From Longimicrobiales bacterium (GTDB lineage Bacteria; Gemmatimonadota; Gemmatimonadetes; Longimicrobiales; Gaopeijiaceae), in NCBI GenBank assembly GCA_965248195.1, contig CBDFIQ010000002.1, positions 2,144,001 through 2,208,000 on the forward strand: 64,000 bases of DNA, read 5' to 3'. The notes under the pieces were generated by a model. It did no database searches. It had not been told where the DNA came from and worked only from the letters and a program-made list of their open reading frames with translations. Of the stretch, positions 28,217 to 38,253 are shown piece by piece. Position numbers and translations under genes: made by a program. Numbering within the stretch: the first letter of the stretch is position 1; each line of letters starts with the position of its first letter.

Positions 28217-30334
28217 CTACCCCAACAGGCGCGCAACCCAGCCCGCGAGCGTGGACACTTGGCCCCCCACATCGAGGTCGTGGACCCGCACGAACCATGG
28301 TGCCAATACCAACGAAACCACACTCATCAATTTGATCAGGATGTTCAAAGACGGCCCCGACGTATCCTTGAACGGGTCTCCCACGGTATCCCCGACGACC
28401 GCGGCCTTGTGGGGCTCGGAGCCCTTCCCACCGTGGGCACCGGCCTCGATCATCTTCTTGGCGTTGTCCCACGCACCGCCCGCGTTGGCCATGAAGAGAG
28501 CCATGAGCACGCCCGTCACGGTGGCTCCGGCGAGGAGGCCTCCAAGGGCCTCGACACCGAGCACCCGACCCACGACGACCGGAGCGAGAATGGCGGTTAC
28601 GCCCGGAACGATCATTTCCCGAAGCGCGGCATCTGTCGAGATCGCCACGCAGCGGGCGGAGTCCGGCTGCTCGGTCCCGTCCATGATGCCCGGCCTTTCA
28701 CGGAACTGCCGCCGGACCTCCTCGACCATCCCCTGCGCCGCGCGCCCGACGGCCGTCATCGTGAGGGCCGCGATGAAGAAAGGTAGCGTCCCGCCAATGA
28801 ACAACCCGATCACGACCAACGGATTCACGAGGTCGATGCCGGTTTGGTCCAGCCCCACCTTGCTGGCGAAGGCAGAGAAGAGCGCGAGCGCGGTGAGGGC
28901 GGCAGAGCCAATGGCGAAACCCTTGCCCTGAGCCGCAGTAGTATTCCCGATCGCGTCCAGGGAGTCCGTGATCGCCCGGGTTTCCGCTCCCAGGCCACTC
29001 ATCTCGCTGATTCCGCCCGCATTGTCAGCGATCGGACCGTAGGCGTCGACGGACATAGTCACGCCGACAGTCGCCAGCATCCCAACCGCCGCAATGCCGA
29101 TCCCGTACAGGCCGGCCGATTGGAAGGAGGCGTAGATCCCGACACAGATGAGAAGCATGGGAACGGCCGTAGACTCCATACCTACGGCCAGTCCGGTGAT
29201 CAGGTTTGTCGCCGCCCCGGTCTTGCTGGCTTCTGCAATCTTTCGGACCGGCTTCATGGATGTGTAGTACTCGGTGACCAAACCGATGGCCGTACCGACC
29301 AGTGTTCCAGCCAAAATCGCGAACCAGGGTCCGAGAGCCGGATAACTCCGGCCATCAACCACCATCCTGAAGTCCATCGAACGCACTACGAAGAACATCG
29401 CCAACAGGAAAAGGCCGGCGGCGATGAAGGTGACGTTCCGTAGCGCCGCTGCCGGATCCGTGCGCTCCAGCACCTTCATCATGCCGATGCCGACGAGCGA
29501 AGCAAGCAGCCCAGCCATGACCGTCACGATGGGGAGCGCTATAGCGTTTCCGACGCTCCCTGCGAGAGCGGCTGAAGTGGCTGCGATTGCGATCGTGGCG
29601 ATCACGGACCCCACGTATGACTCGAAGATGTCGGCGCCCATGCCGGCGACGTCTCCGACGTTGTCGCCCACGTTGTCTGCGATGGTGGCCGGGTTGCGTG
29701 GATCATCCTCCGGAATACCGACTTCGACCTTGCCCACTAGATCCGCTCCGACATCGGCCGCCTTCGTGTAGATACCGCCTCCGACGCGAGCGAACAGGGC
29801 GATCGTGCTCGCACCCATCGCAAAGCCGGAGACGATCTCGGCAAACCGCGAGTGCTCCGAGGCTCCGATGGCCCCGGCTCCGTACCACCAGTAAATCGCT
29901 CCAATTCCCACGAGGCCGAGTGCTGCCACCGAGAGTCCCATGACGGCCCCACCAAAGAAGGCGACTCGAAGTGCCTTGCCCGTGCCCTCCTGGTTCGCGG
30001 CGGCCGAAGTCCGAACGTTCGCCCTGGTGGCGGACTTCATGCCGAAGAATCCTGCCATGACCGAGCAGAAAGCACCGATGAGGTACGCCACGGCCGTGGG
30101 AGGGGAAATGGCCCACGCCAGCCCAGCCGCAACCGCTGCCACGGCAACCGCCAACATGGAGTACTCGCGGCGGAGAAAGGCCATAGCCCCGTCATGGATC
30201 TGCTCAGCGATGGCCTCCATCGCCTCACTCCCACTGGGCTGGCCCTTTACGTAACGATAGGTAAAGCCGGCCAGAGCCAGGCCGCCGAGGCCCACAGCCC
30301 ACGCCCAGCTCGAAATTGTCACGAAATCAATCAT
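28217..30334 (-). CDS. hppA: Membrane-integral ion-pumping pyrophosphatase, K+-dependent type
   Basis: [26 protein letters not shown] (Ala at the K+-dependence site), [14 protein letters not shown]. Confidence 0.95.
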   Translation of the reverse strand: MIDFVTISSWAWAVGLGGLALAGFTYRYVKGQPSGSEAMEAIAEQIHDGAMAFLRREYSMLAVAVAAVAAGLAWAISPPTAVAYLIGAFCSVMAGFFGMKSATRANVRTSAAANQEGTGKALRVAFFGGAVMGLSVAALGLVGIGAIYWWYGAGAIGASEHSRFAEIVSGFAMGASTIALFARVGGGIYTKAADVGADLVGKVEVGIPEDDPRNPATIADNVGDNVGDVAGMGADIFESYVGSVIATIAIAATSAALAGSVGNAIALPIVTVMAGLLASLVGIGMMKVLERTDPAAALRNVTFIAAGLFLLAMFFVVRSMDFRMVVDGRSYPALGPWFAILAGTLVGTAIGLVTEYYTSMKPVRKIAEASKTGAATNLITGLAVGMESTAVPMLLICVGIYASFQSAGLYGIGIAAVGMLATVGVTMSVDAYGPIADNAGGISEMSGLGAETRAITDSLDAIGNTTAAQGKGFAIGSAALTALALFSAFASKVGLDQTGIDLVNPLVVIGLFIGGTLPFFIAALTMTAVGRAAQGMVEEVRRQFRERPGIMDGTEQPDSARCVAISTDAALREMIVPGVTAILAPVVVGRVLGVEALGGLLAGATVTGVLMALFMANAGGAWDNAKKMIEAGAHGGKGSEPHKAAVVGDTVGDPFKDTSGPSLNILIKLMSVVSLVLAPWFVRVHDLDVGGQVSTLAGWVARLLG

Positions 30335-30388
30335 CGGGTTCCTTTTGCTGATACCCTGTTGGCGGCGCCCGCACCGAATTTGAGCGGG

Positions 30389-30952
30389 TCACCGATTGAA
30401 CTGGTTCATCACCTCTTCGATACCGTCACGCACCCAGACTTCCACGGCCTCACTCAACTCGGGGAGAAGCCCGACGACCGTGGACTCGTCGGCCTCACTC
30501 ATCGGCGACAGGACCCAATCGGACAGGTCGGCTCCCTCGGGCATCATTCCGACACCCACCCGCAGACGGGCGTACGCGTCCGTACCCAGCGTCCCGGAGA
30601 CCGACTTCAAGCCCTTGTGTCCCCCGGAGCCTCCCTCCGGTCGGAACCGTACACGGCCCACATCCAGCGTCGCATCATCGACCACAAGGAGAAGGTCGGA
30701 CTCGAAATCGCATTCCTCGAGCCCATCCACGCCGACGAGCGCGGCTCCGCTTCGGTTCATGAACGTGGTCGGCTTGATCAAGAGTACTGAAGTGTCCCCT
30801 ACCGATCCGCCCGTCCGCAGGCTTCGGCCTTCCTTTTCAAAAGAGCCGAATCCCCAGTCATACGCGAGCCGGTCGACGACCCACCAACCGACATTGTGGC
30901 GCGTGTCGTCGAAGCGGGGCCCAGGGTTGCCGAGCCCGACTACAACCTTCAC
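30389..30952 (-). CDS. pth: Peptidyl-tRNA hydrolase
   Basis: VVGLGNPG, TRHNVG, KPTTFMNRSG, RLRVGVG. Confidence 0.96.
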   Translation of the reverse strand: MKVVVGLGNPGPRFDDTRHNVGWWVVDRLAYDWGFGSFEKEGRSLRTGGSVGDTSVLLIKPTTFMNRSGAALVGVDGLEECDFESDLLLVVDDATLDVGRVRFRPEGGSGGHKGLKSVSGTLGTDAYARLRVGVGMMPEGADLSDWVLSPMSEADESTVVGLLPELSEAVEVWVRDGIEEVMNQFNR

Positions 30953-30973
30953 GTCCCGACCGTCGAGAAGAGA

Positions 30974-31666
30974 TCAGCGTTCCGAGTCTTCTTCCGCCGC
31001 CGCAGCGCCATCCTCCCCAGCCACCTCTTCGGCACCTTCCTCACCCTCGGCAACTTCCTCACCCTCGATACCTTCCTCAATCTCCTCCTCTTCCTCTTCC
31101 TCTTCCCTCGGAGCCGACACTAGACAGATCGTCTGGCCTGGATCCGTCAGGAGCTCGACGCCTTCCTCCATCGAGATTTCGCTGGCATGGATCGAATCAC
31201 CGATGTTCAACGCCGAGATTTCGATCTCGATGGTATCGGGGATCAGGGAAGGAAGACACTTCACTCGAAGCTCATGGAGGATCACTTCTAGGATGCCGCC
31301 ATCCCGCACGCCTTGGGGGGTGCCGACGTAGTTGGCCGGAATATCGACTTCGAGGGCCACGCCCCGCTCGATGCAGTAGAAGTCCACATGGACGATGTCG
31401 GGGCGATAGGCGTGCATTTGGATTTCCCGCACCAGGGTCTCCAACTCCTCCTTGTCATCATCGATGCGAACGTTGACGATCGTGTTCTCCACCGAGATGG
31501 AATGAAACAGATGGAGCGCCTCCCTCGCGTCGAGCGTGAGCGAGATCGTCTCTTGATCCTTTCCGTAGAGCACCGCCGGAACCTGTCCGGCCGTGCGAAG
31601 TCGTCTTGCCACACCCTTCCCGGTTTCGTGCCGACGTCTTGCCGTCAGTCCTGTCTTGACTGTCAT
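30974..31666 (-). CDS. rplY: 50S ribosomal protein bL25/Ctc with acidic tail
   Basis: GKGVARRLR...VPAVLYG, HVDFY, GVRDGGIL. Confidence 0.96.
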   Translation of the reverse strand: MTVKTGLTARRRHETGKGVARRLRTAGQVPAVLYGKDQETISLTLDAREALHLFHSISVENTIVNVRIDDDKEELETLVREIQMHAYRPDIVHVDFYCIERGVALEVDIPANYVGTPQGVRDGGILEVILHELRVKCLPSLIPDTIEIEISALNIGDSIHASEISMEEGVELLTDPGQTICLVSAPREEEEEEEEIEEGIEGEEVAEGEEGAEEVAGEDGAAAAEEDSER

Positions 31667-31705
31667 CTTCCCTATTCCTGCTCCGTTGTTTTGGTCCTGA
31701 GCCGG

Positions 31706-32683
31706 TCACGCACCGGAATCAGCTTCGGCCGCCATCTCGAAGAGCTGGCTCACCGATTTGTTTTCGTGAACACATTCGATTGCGGTCGCGAACAGGCTGG
31801 CAACCGACAAAATCTTGAGGCGATTAAATCGCCTTTCCTCCGGGACGTGGATCGTATTGGTCACCACGAATTCCTCCAGTGGCGCTGCTGCGAGCTTCTC
31901 GGCCGCAGAGCCCGAGAGGAGCGCGTGCGTCGCTCCCGCAAAAACCTTCGTCGCCCCACGATCCTTTAGAGCTACGACCGCGTTGGCGAGTGTGCCGCCC
32001 GTGTCCACCATGTCGTCGATGAGCAAACAAGTTCTCCCCTCCACGTCACCGACCACATTCGCAACCTCGGCCATGTTGGGCCCCGGGCGCCGTTTGTCGA
32101 TGATTGCCAGCGCCGCGTGGAGCCGGTTGGCGAACCCGCGCGCCATCTTCGCTGACCCGACGTCGGGCGCAACCACAACGAGGTCGGACAGCTTCTTGTC
32201 TAGGAAATACCGGGTCAACACAGGCGCCGCATAGAGGTGATCCACCGGGATGTCGAAAAAAGCCTGGATCTGATGCTGGTGGAAATCCATCCCGATCATT
32301 CGGTCGGCACCGGCGGCCACCATGAGATTCGCGGCGAGTTTTGCACCGATCGCCACGCGGGGCTGGTCTTTCCGATCTTGCCGGCCATAGCCGAAATAGG
32401 GGACGACCGCCGTCACCCGAGCGGCTGAGGCGCGCGTGGCAGCATCGATCAAGAGCAGTAGCTCCATGATCGAATCCGCCGGAGCGACGGTGGGTTGAAT
32501 GATGAAAACGTCTCGCCCACGCGCATTGTGGTCGATGCGCACGAAGATTTCGCCGTCAGCAAAGTTTCGGATCGTCGCCGACTCGGAGCTCTCCATGAGG
32601 ATCTGTCCGATTTCGGCCGCCAAGGGGCGATTGGCCCGCCCGGCAAGGAGCAGAAGCGGACCTCTGCGAAACGTGTCGTCCAT
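31706..32683 (-). CDS. prs: Ribose-phosphate pyrophosphokinase
   Basis: FADGEI, PYFGYGRQDRK, VAPDVG, DDMVDTGGTL. Confidence 0.97.
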   Translation of the reverse strand: MDDTFRRGPLLLLAGRANRPLAAEIGQILMESSESATIRNFADGEIFVRIDHNARGRDVFIIQPTVAPADSIMELLLLIDAATRASAARVTAVVPYFGYGRQDRKDQPRVAIGAKLAANLMVAAGADRMIGMDFHQHQIQAFFDIPVDHLYAAPVLTRYFLDKKLSDLVVVAPDVGSAKMARGFANRLHAALAIIDKRRPGPNMAEVANVVGDVEGRTCLLIDDMVDTGGTLANAVVALKDRGATKVFAGATHALLSGSAAEKLAAAPLEEFVVTNTIHVPEERRFNRLKILSVASLFATAIECVHENKSVSQLFEMAAEADSGA

Positions 32684-32725
32684 GGATCTCAACTGGGAAT
32701 CGGCGCCAAACGGCAATAGCCAAAA

Positions 32726-32754
32726 AAGCTAGACAGTGTCGGTCGGAGCGTCAA
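32726..32754 (-). promoter_or_regulatory. Sigma70-type promoter for prs-rplY-pth
   Basis: TTGACG-17 bp-TAGCTT. Confidence 0.65.
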
Positions 32755-32824
32755 CGCCGAACCGCTTACGGAGTGGGCCAGCCTGACCCACTACCCCGCT
32801 TGCGGTGTCGCTGTCTTTAGGGAG

Positions 32825-33922
32825 TTAGGGAACGATCTCGACCGTGCGTGTGCGCACCAACTCCTCGCGGCCCGTGGCCGTGACCCTCAGGCGGAAGACA
32901 TAATCCCCCACATCCACCTCGGGGATCGTGACTTCCACCGATCGGAACCAGGGGCCGATTTCGGCTGGGCCGGGTTCGCTCCATACGAGTTGGAGCGGTT
33001 CCTCCCGGCTGCCGAAGCCCAACCAACGGCCGATCCTTCCGAAGAAACCCTCCCCTTTCTCGTAGAAGCTCAACTCGAAGGAGACGTCCTCTGGTCTCCA
33101 CCCCAACCCGAAGACCTCCCATCCGATTACAAGTGGTTTGTCCGCTTCCAACCGAGTAGAAGACCGCATCGACGGACCCAAAGGTGAATCCCCCAGGAGG
33201 ATGAGATCCGAAAGGGTGGCAAGATCATCCGGGAGCGCCTCGGTCGTGATTCCGTCCCATTCGCCCTCGTCAGCGGCATCTTCTAGAACATCCGAGCCCT
33301 TTCCGTCGAGTAACACCGAGGGGTCCTGCCACTTTCGCGCCTCTTCCGAATCCATGGTCTCGAAGCCGCGGCGGAAGCGCTGCAAGGCCGTCTCGTACCG
33401 GCCCATGCCGTGGAGCGCGAAGCCCTCGAGGACGCGGCACCACGACAAGGCAGCGCCACCACAAGCCCGAGCCACGCGAGCCGCATCCTCCCATTCGCCC
33501 GCCTCACCCAGGTACCGGATCCGCTGCCCGAGAATCCATTCGTCTGCCGGTATGTGCCCCGCGGCGGTGGCCAAGATCGTGAGCAGATCGTTGCGAGCCT
33601 CGACCAGCTCAGAAGGATCCGGGACGGGCTCCCAATCGTCCTCCCCTCCGTGCCAGAGGCAGAGACGTCCGATCCGCTCCTCGCAGGGGCGCCTGCCTCC
33701 AGCCCAAACGTAAGGCAGCAACCGGCGGCGGATCCGCTCGAAGCGCGCCTGAGCGCCCTCGGCCTGGCCGCGGATGCGGGTGGAGTCGGAGGCGGACCGC
33801 TCCTCCAGTTGCGGCTGGAGAACCACAGACGCCGATGGCGTGGCGAGTGTGATGGGGCCGGGAGCGCCACTGAGTCCAAGTGGAAGCCCACCGGCGCACA
33901 GGAGCGCGATAAGGATGCGAAC
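32825..33922 (-). CDS. Exported hypothetical protein (helical TPR-like N-part, beta-sandwich C-part); start codon unclear, possibly degenerating
   Basis: Open frame with hydrophobic N-terminus RILIALLCAGG, CEERIGRLCLW, GQRIRYLGEAG, LSDLILL, GDYVFRLRV. The ORF-track start lies inside the tRNA. Confidence 0.6.
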   Translation of the reverse strand, partial: VRILIALLCAGGLPLGLSGAPGPITLATPSASVVLQPQLEERSASDSTRIRGQAEGAQARFERIRRRLLPYVWAGGRRPCEERIGRLCLWHGGEDDWEPVPDPSELVEARNDLLTILATAAGHIPADEWILGQRIRYLGEAGEWEDAARVARACGGAALSWCRVLEGFALHGMGRYETALQRFRRGFETMDSEEARKWQDPSVLLDGKGSDVLEDAADEGEWDGITTEALPDDLATLSDLILLGDSPLGPSMRSSTRLEADKPLVIGWEVFGLGWRPEDVSFELSFYEKGEGFFGRIGRWLGFGSREEPLQLVWSEPGPAEIGPWFRSVEVTIPEVDVGDYVFRLRVTATGREELVRTRTVEIVP

Positions 33923-33937
33923 TCCACCCCCTAAGAG

Positions 33938-34008
33938 TTGGCCCGGATGGATTCGAACCATCACCGCCGGTGCCAAAGACCGGTGTCCTGCCATTAGACG
34001 ACGGGCCA
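33938..34008 (-). tRNA. tRNA-Gln(UUG), CCA not encoded
   Basis: Acceptor TGGCCCG/CGGGCCA (U1-A72), anticodon arm CCGGT-CTTTGGC-ACCGG, T-arm GATGG-TTCGAAT-CCATC; ispE-tRNA-Gln-prs order. Confidence 0.96.
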
Positions 34009-34114
34009 TAAGAATTGTCAGTCTGACCGCTTCTGTCCAACCGGGTCCGATGCGCGAGCTTGGAGCGGGTGATCAATCCTACCCGAGGCTTTCGATCCGT
34101 TCAACCCAAGCCGC

Positions 34115-35014
34115 CTAAGACTTCACGGAGACGGAGGTGGGCTCGGGTTGGGATGCCAACGTTTCGGTGACCACGAAGCGCACATCGGTCCACGACGTGG
34201 ACAGAGACGCCCGGGCCTGATCCGCTGCCGCTCGCTCCTTGAAGAGACCGAACAGCGCCGCCCCGCTTCCCGAAAGCCGTGCGGTGAGCGCCCCCGCCTC
34301 TTGCAGGGCCTCTCTGAGTTTTCCAAGCTCGGGGTGGGACTCGAACACGCTGGCTTCGAAGTCGTTTACAGCCAGCTCCGCCAGGATCTCCGGCCGGCAC
34401 AGCGCGTCGAGGGCCAGGGTCGCTGGCGTGATGCGTTCCGGGACGCTCAGATACTCATACGCCTCGCCGGTAGCGATATGAAGCGAGGGAAGGGCGAGTA
34501 GGACAAAGAGGCGAAGGGCGCCCGGAAGCGGCACCAGACGCTCCCCCCTTCCCCACGCGAGCGCGGTGCCGGCACCGGACGCGAAAAACGGCACGTCCGC
34601 CCCGAGTCGTCCCGCGATCTGGAGGAGCGCCGACGCCGACAACGGCGCTCCGAGCAACGTGTTGAGGGCCCTCAGGGTCGCGCCGGCATCGGAAGACCCT
34701 CCACCGAGCCCGGCCCCGACGGGAATATTCTTCGTGAGGTGAACGTGCACACCCGTGGTGAACCCCGCCGCTTCGAGTAAGGCATCCGCGGCCCGATACG
34801 CCAGGTTTTCTTCGTCGGGGCCGACCGAAGGGCCGACCACCTCGACAGAAACGCCCCGCTCCGTACGGTGAAGCAGAATCTCATCGCAAAGGTCCACCGC
34901 ACTGTAGAGTGTCTCGAGTTGGTGGTATCCGGACTCCTCCTTCGCGAGGATCCTCAAGAAGAGATTGACCTTGGCCGGCGCGGCTACCCTCACGACGGAC
35001 GTAACGTTATTCAC
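34115..35014 (-). CDS. ispE: 4-diphosphocytidyl-2-C-methyl-D-erythritol kinase
   Basis: APAKVNLFL, KNIPVGAGLGGGSSDA, LGADVPFF, LSGSG. Confidence 0.96.
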   Translation of the reverse strand: MNNVTSVVRVAAPAKVNLFLRILAKEESGYHQLETLYSAVDLCDEILLHRTERGVSVEVVGPSVGPDEENLAYRAADALLEAAGFTTGVHVHLTKNIPVGAGLGGGSSDAGATLRALNTLLGAPLSASALLQIAGRLGADVPFFASGAGTALAWGRGERLVPLPGALRLFVLLALPSLHIATGEAYEYLSVPERITPATLALDALCRPEILAELAVNDFEASVFESHPELGKLREALQEAGALTARLSGSGAALFGLFKERAAADQARASLSTSWTDVRFVVTETLASQPEPTSVSVKS

Positions 35015-36050
35015 CGCTGTTTTCTTCGCTCCCGGGGATGTATCCGCTCACCTCGCCGGCTCGTACATCCCTGACCGAGAACCCGATGCTCCACGCGTAA
35101 TACAACCCGATGATCGTGATCGGGAAAAAACCTCCGAGGTGGTAACCGAACGCAAAGGCCAGCGCGGACGGCTCGGCGACCCCATAAACACCGCTCAGCG
35201 CCAGATCCGCGCCGAGTTGGAAAGTACCGAAGAAGCCGGGCGCGGCCGGGATGGCAACCGCGAAGCCCACCACAGCCTCCGTGAAGACGGCAGCCGCAAA
35301 GCCCAGGTCGATACCGAACGCCTTGAATCCAAGCCAGAAAGAAAGTCCGTGCCAAAGCCAGAACGCGTAGCTCCACACCACGGCCTTGGTCAGAAGCACA
35401 GGGTGCCGAAGCACTTTCAGGGCACGGAGGAAGGATTCGAGCGCCACGACCACCCGCGGACCCCAACGTCCCGGAAACCGGACCAAAAGTCGCTCGGCGA
35501 GCCGTACGATGGGCTCAGGGAAAAGCAACAGCGCAACCAGACCCGCCAGGAAGATCGCGAGCAGACCGAAGGTCCCGCGGAGCACGCCTCCGAACGCCCC
35601 GGAAAGGAGTCCGTCGGCACCGGGAAAGGAGGGGAGCGCCATCGGCACCAGAAACAGCGTCACCAGTACGATCGCATCCAGGAAACGCTCCACCACCAAG
35701 CTCCCGAGCGAGCCCGATACGGTGATCGGTTCGACCCGGGTCAGCGCTAACGCCCGCGCGATCTCACCCAGCCGTGCGGGAAAGATGTTGTTCACCGCGA
35801 AGCCGATACTGATGCCGGCGAATCTGGAACGAAGTGCGGTATCCGGCTTGAGAGGATGCAGGAGCACCTTCCAACGTAGGGCCCGCACGAAGTATCCCGC
35901 CGTACCGACGAAGACTGAAGCCAGAAAATACCACGGGTTCGCCTGGGAGATTTGAGCAATGATCTCGCGTGGGTCTTCACCTCGGAGCACCCACCAGATG
36001 AAGAACGCGCTGACTGCGATGCCAAGTGCGGATTTCCAACCCATCCTCAA
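35007..36050 (-). CDS. UPF0104 / lysylphosphatidylglycerol-synthase TM-domain membrane protein
   Basis: [37 protein letters not shown]. Confidence 0.88.
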   Translation of the reverse strand: MRMGWKSALGIAVSAFFIWWVLRGEDPREIIAQISQANPWYFLASVFVGTAGYFVRALRWKVLLHPLKPDTALRSRFAGISIGFAVNNIFPARLGEIARALALTRVEPITVSGSLGSLVVERFLDAIVLVTLFLVPMALPSFPGADGLLSGAFGGVLRGTFGLLAIFLAGLVALLLFPEPIVRLAERLLVRFPGRWGPRVVVALESFLRALKVLRHPVLLTKAVVWSYAFWLWHGLSFWLGFKAFGIDLGFAAAVFTEAVVGFAVAIPAAPGFFGTFQLGADLALSGVYGVAEPSALAFAFGYHLGGFFPITIIGLYYAWSIGFSVRDVRAGEVSGYIPGSEENSGE

Positions 36051-36790
36051 GAGGTAACGACTCCGCTCCTCGCTTCGCGAATGAGACCGCCCATCTCGCG
36101 GACCGCACGCTCCATGCCGACAAGGACGGCCCGTGAGACGACGGAGTGCCCGATGTTCAGCTCCTCGATCGAGGCGATCGCCGCCACGGGAGTCACATTC
36201 TCATAGGTGAGACCGTGGCCCGCGTGAACGGCCAGACCCAGGCCGATAGCGATTTGGGTCGCAGATCGGAGCCGAGCCAACTGAGCTTCCCGCTCCTTGG
36301 GGTTTGCGGCGTTGGCGTACTCTCCCGTGTGAAGTTCGACGGCCGTGACGCCGAGATCGGCCGAGATCTCGAGGGTCTCTTCATCCGGATCGACGAAGAG
36401 CGAAGTCCGTATTCCCACCGATGAGAGCCTCTCCACCGCTTCGCCCGTCACCACCCGGACCCCGGGCTCACCAAGCGCTAAGCCGCCTTCGGTCGTCACC
36501 TCTTCCCGGCGTTCCGGAACCAGAGTCGCCTGCATGGGCCGCAGGTCGCACGCGATATCCAAGACATCCGTGGCCGCGGCAAGTTCAAGGTTCAGCCCTG
36601 TCCGGACGGTCTCCATGAGAACACGCACGTCGCGCTCACTCACGTGCCTGCGATCCTCTCGAAGGTGGACGGTGATGCCATCTGCGCCGGCGAGCTCCAC
36701 GAGCATCGCGGCCCGGACCGGGTCGGGCTCGTCCGTACGCCTCGCTTCACGAACGGTGGCAACGTGATCCACATTGACGTAGAACCTCAT
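36047..36790 (-). CDS. pdxJ: Pyridoxine 5'-phosphate synthase
   Basis: [42 protein letters not shown]. Confidence 0.97.
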   Translation of the reverse strand: MRFYVNVDHVATVREARRTDEPDPVRAAMLVELAGADGITVHLREDRRHVSERDVRVLMETVRTGLNLELAAATDVLDIACDLRPMQATLVPERREEVTTEGGLALGEPGVRVVTGEAVERLSSVGIRTSLFVDPDEETLEISADLGVTAVELHTGEYANAANPKEREAQLARLRSATQIAIGLGLAVHAGHGLTYENVTPVAAIASIEELNIGHSVVSRAVLVGMERAVREMGGLIREARSGVVTS

Positions 36791-36931
36791 CCCTCTACCT
36801 CGAGCAGATTTCGAACAGACTCAACCGGCCAAAAGGTAATCGGATCGGCGCACTCCCGTCGTGTGCGGTACGGCACGATACGGACGGTGTGCGATACGGG
36901 CCGTCCGCGACATGGGCCCACGGGCGTTCCA

Positions 36932-38245
36932 TCATTCCGGCGGCCCATGGTCCCGAACCAACTCGACACTCACTTGCTGAAGGAGACGGCCGGCGACGGA
37001 TCGGGGTACACGGATCTCCAGCGCGAGAACGTCTCCGTCTTGAGATTGGCCGAGGACCTCGCCCTCCCGGTACAGCATTGCCAAGGTTTCGCCATCGTGC
37101 GCACCGACCCGGACCGAGAGATGGCGAAGCCCGCCTCGAACGCGGGCCTTGAATAAAGCCCCGAGCGGCTCGAGCGTCTCGGGTCGAAGCGCGGACAGAA
37201 AGACCGCGGGCGTCGCGTCGAACGCCCGGATCCGTCTATTGAGCGCTTCCTCCTCGGCGTGGGTCAGCCGATCCACCTTGTTAAAGACCAAGATCTGTGG
37301 GCGGTCCTCCAGATCGAGGTCATCGAGAACGCCCTCGACGACGTGCTTTTGCTCCTCCCAGCGTGGGTACGACGCGTCGATGACGTGCGCCAAAACGTCC
37401 GCCTCCCGGGCCTCCTCGAGCGTCGATCGGAACGACGCGACAAGGTGGTGCGGCAACTTTCGAATGAAACCGACCGTGTCCGTGACCAGGGCCTCAAACC
37501 CCTCGCCCAGGTCCACCGAGCGTGTGGCGGAATCGAGCGTCGCGAAGAGGCGGTCCTCGACGAAAAGGTCCGCGCCGGAAAGCGCGCGGAGCAGTGAGGA
37601 CTTTCCCGCGTTCGTATATCCGACGAGGGCCACCCGGAATTTCCCTTCCCGCGATTGTCGCTGGATGGCCCGAGCCCGGGTCACGCTCTCGAGCTTTTTC
37701 CCCAGATCGGCAATTCGGCGACCGATCATGCGCCGATCCGTCTCGAGCTGGGTCTCCCCGGGGCCTCGAAGGCCCACCCCCCCACGGATACGGGAAAGGT
37801 GGGTCCACATTCGCTTCAGCCGGGGCAGCAAGTATTGAAGCTGCGCCAATTCGACTTGCATCTTGGCTTCGCCGGTGCGAGCGCGAGTAGCGAAAATGTC
37901 GAGGATGAGCTCCGCGCGATCCAGAACCCGAACACCGATACGATCCTCGAGGGCTTTCCCCTGGGCCGGTGAGAGCTCGTCGTCGAAGATTACGAGATCC
38001 GCATCGGCAACGCCCACGGACTCCCGAAGCTCATCGACCTTACCCTTTCCGATGTAAAAGCGCGAATGGGGGGCGTCGATCCGTTGGCGGACGATGTCGA
38101 CGACCTGCCCACCGGCGGTATCGGTCAACCGGGTCAACTCCTCGAGATGTTCCTGAGCTATACCCTCATCGAGGGTTTTCAGGTGAGCCCCGACGAGTAC
38201 CGCTCGATCCACACTTACGCGGTTGTCGATCAGCTGGGTAGGAAT
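36932..38245 (-). CDS. hflX: Ribosome-splitting GTPase HflX (probable AUU start; alternative GTG at 38212)
   Basis: LILDIFA, GPGETQLETDRR, GYTNAGKSS, LFATLD, DTVGF, NKVD. Confidence 0.95.
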   Translation of the reverse strand: MPTQLIDNRVSVDRAVLVGAHLKTLDEGIAQEHLEELTRLTDTAGGQVVDIVRQRIDAPHSRFYIGKGKVDELRESVGVADADLVIFDDELSPAQGKALEDRIGVRVLDRAELILDIFATRARTGEAKMQVELAQLQYLLPRLKRMWTHLSRIRGGVGLRGPGETQLETDRRMIGRRIADLGKKLESVTRARAIQRQSREGKFRVALVGYTNAGKSSLLRALSGADLFVEDRLFATLDSATRSVDLGEGFEALVTDTVGFIRKLPHHLVASFRSTLEEAREADVLAHVIDASYPRWEEQKHVVEGVLDDLDLEDRPQILVFNKVDRLTHAEEEALNRRIRAFDATPAVFLSALRPETLEPLGALFKARVRGGLRHLSVRVGAHDGETLAMLYREGEVLGQSQDGDVLALEIRVPRSVAGRLLQQVSVELVRDHGPPE

Positions 38246-38253
38246 GTCGCCTC

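Noticed and set aside
33938..34008. tRNA-Gln as an integration site for an island
   Set aside because: No integrase, no duplicated tRNA 3' end seen, and no obvious composition shift.
36861..36899. Mini CRISPR array
   Set aside because: Repeats are only 10-13 bp, with no spacers and no cas genes.
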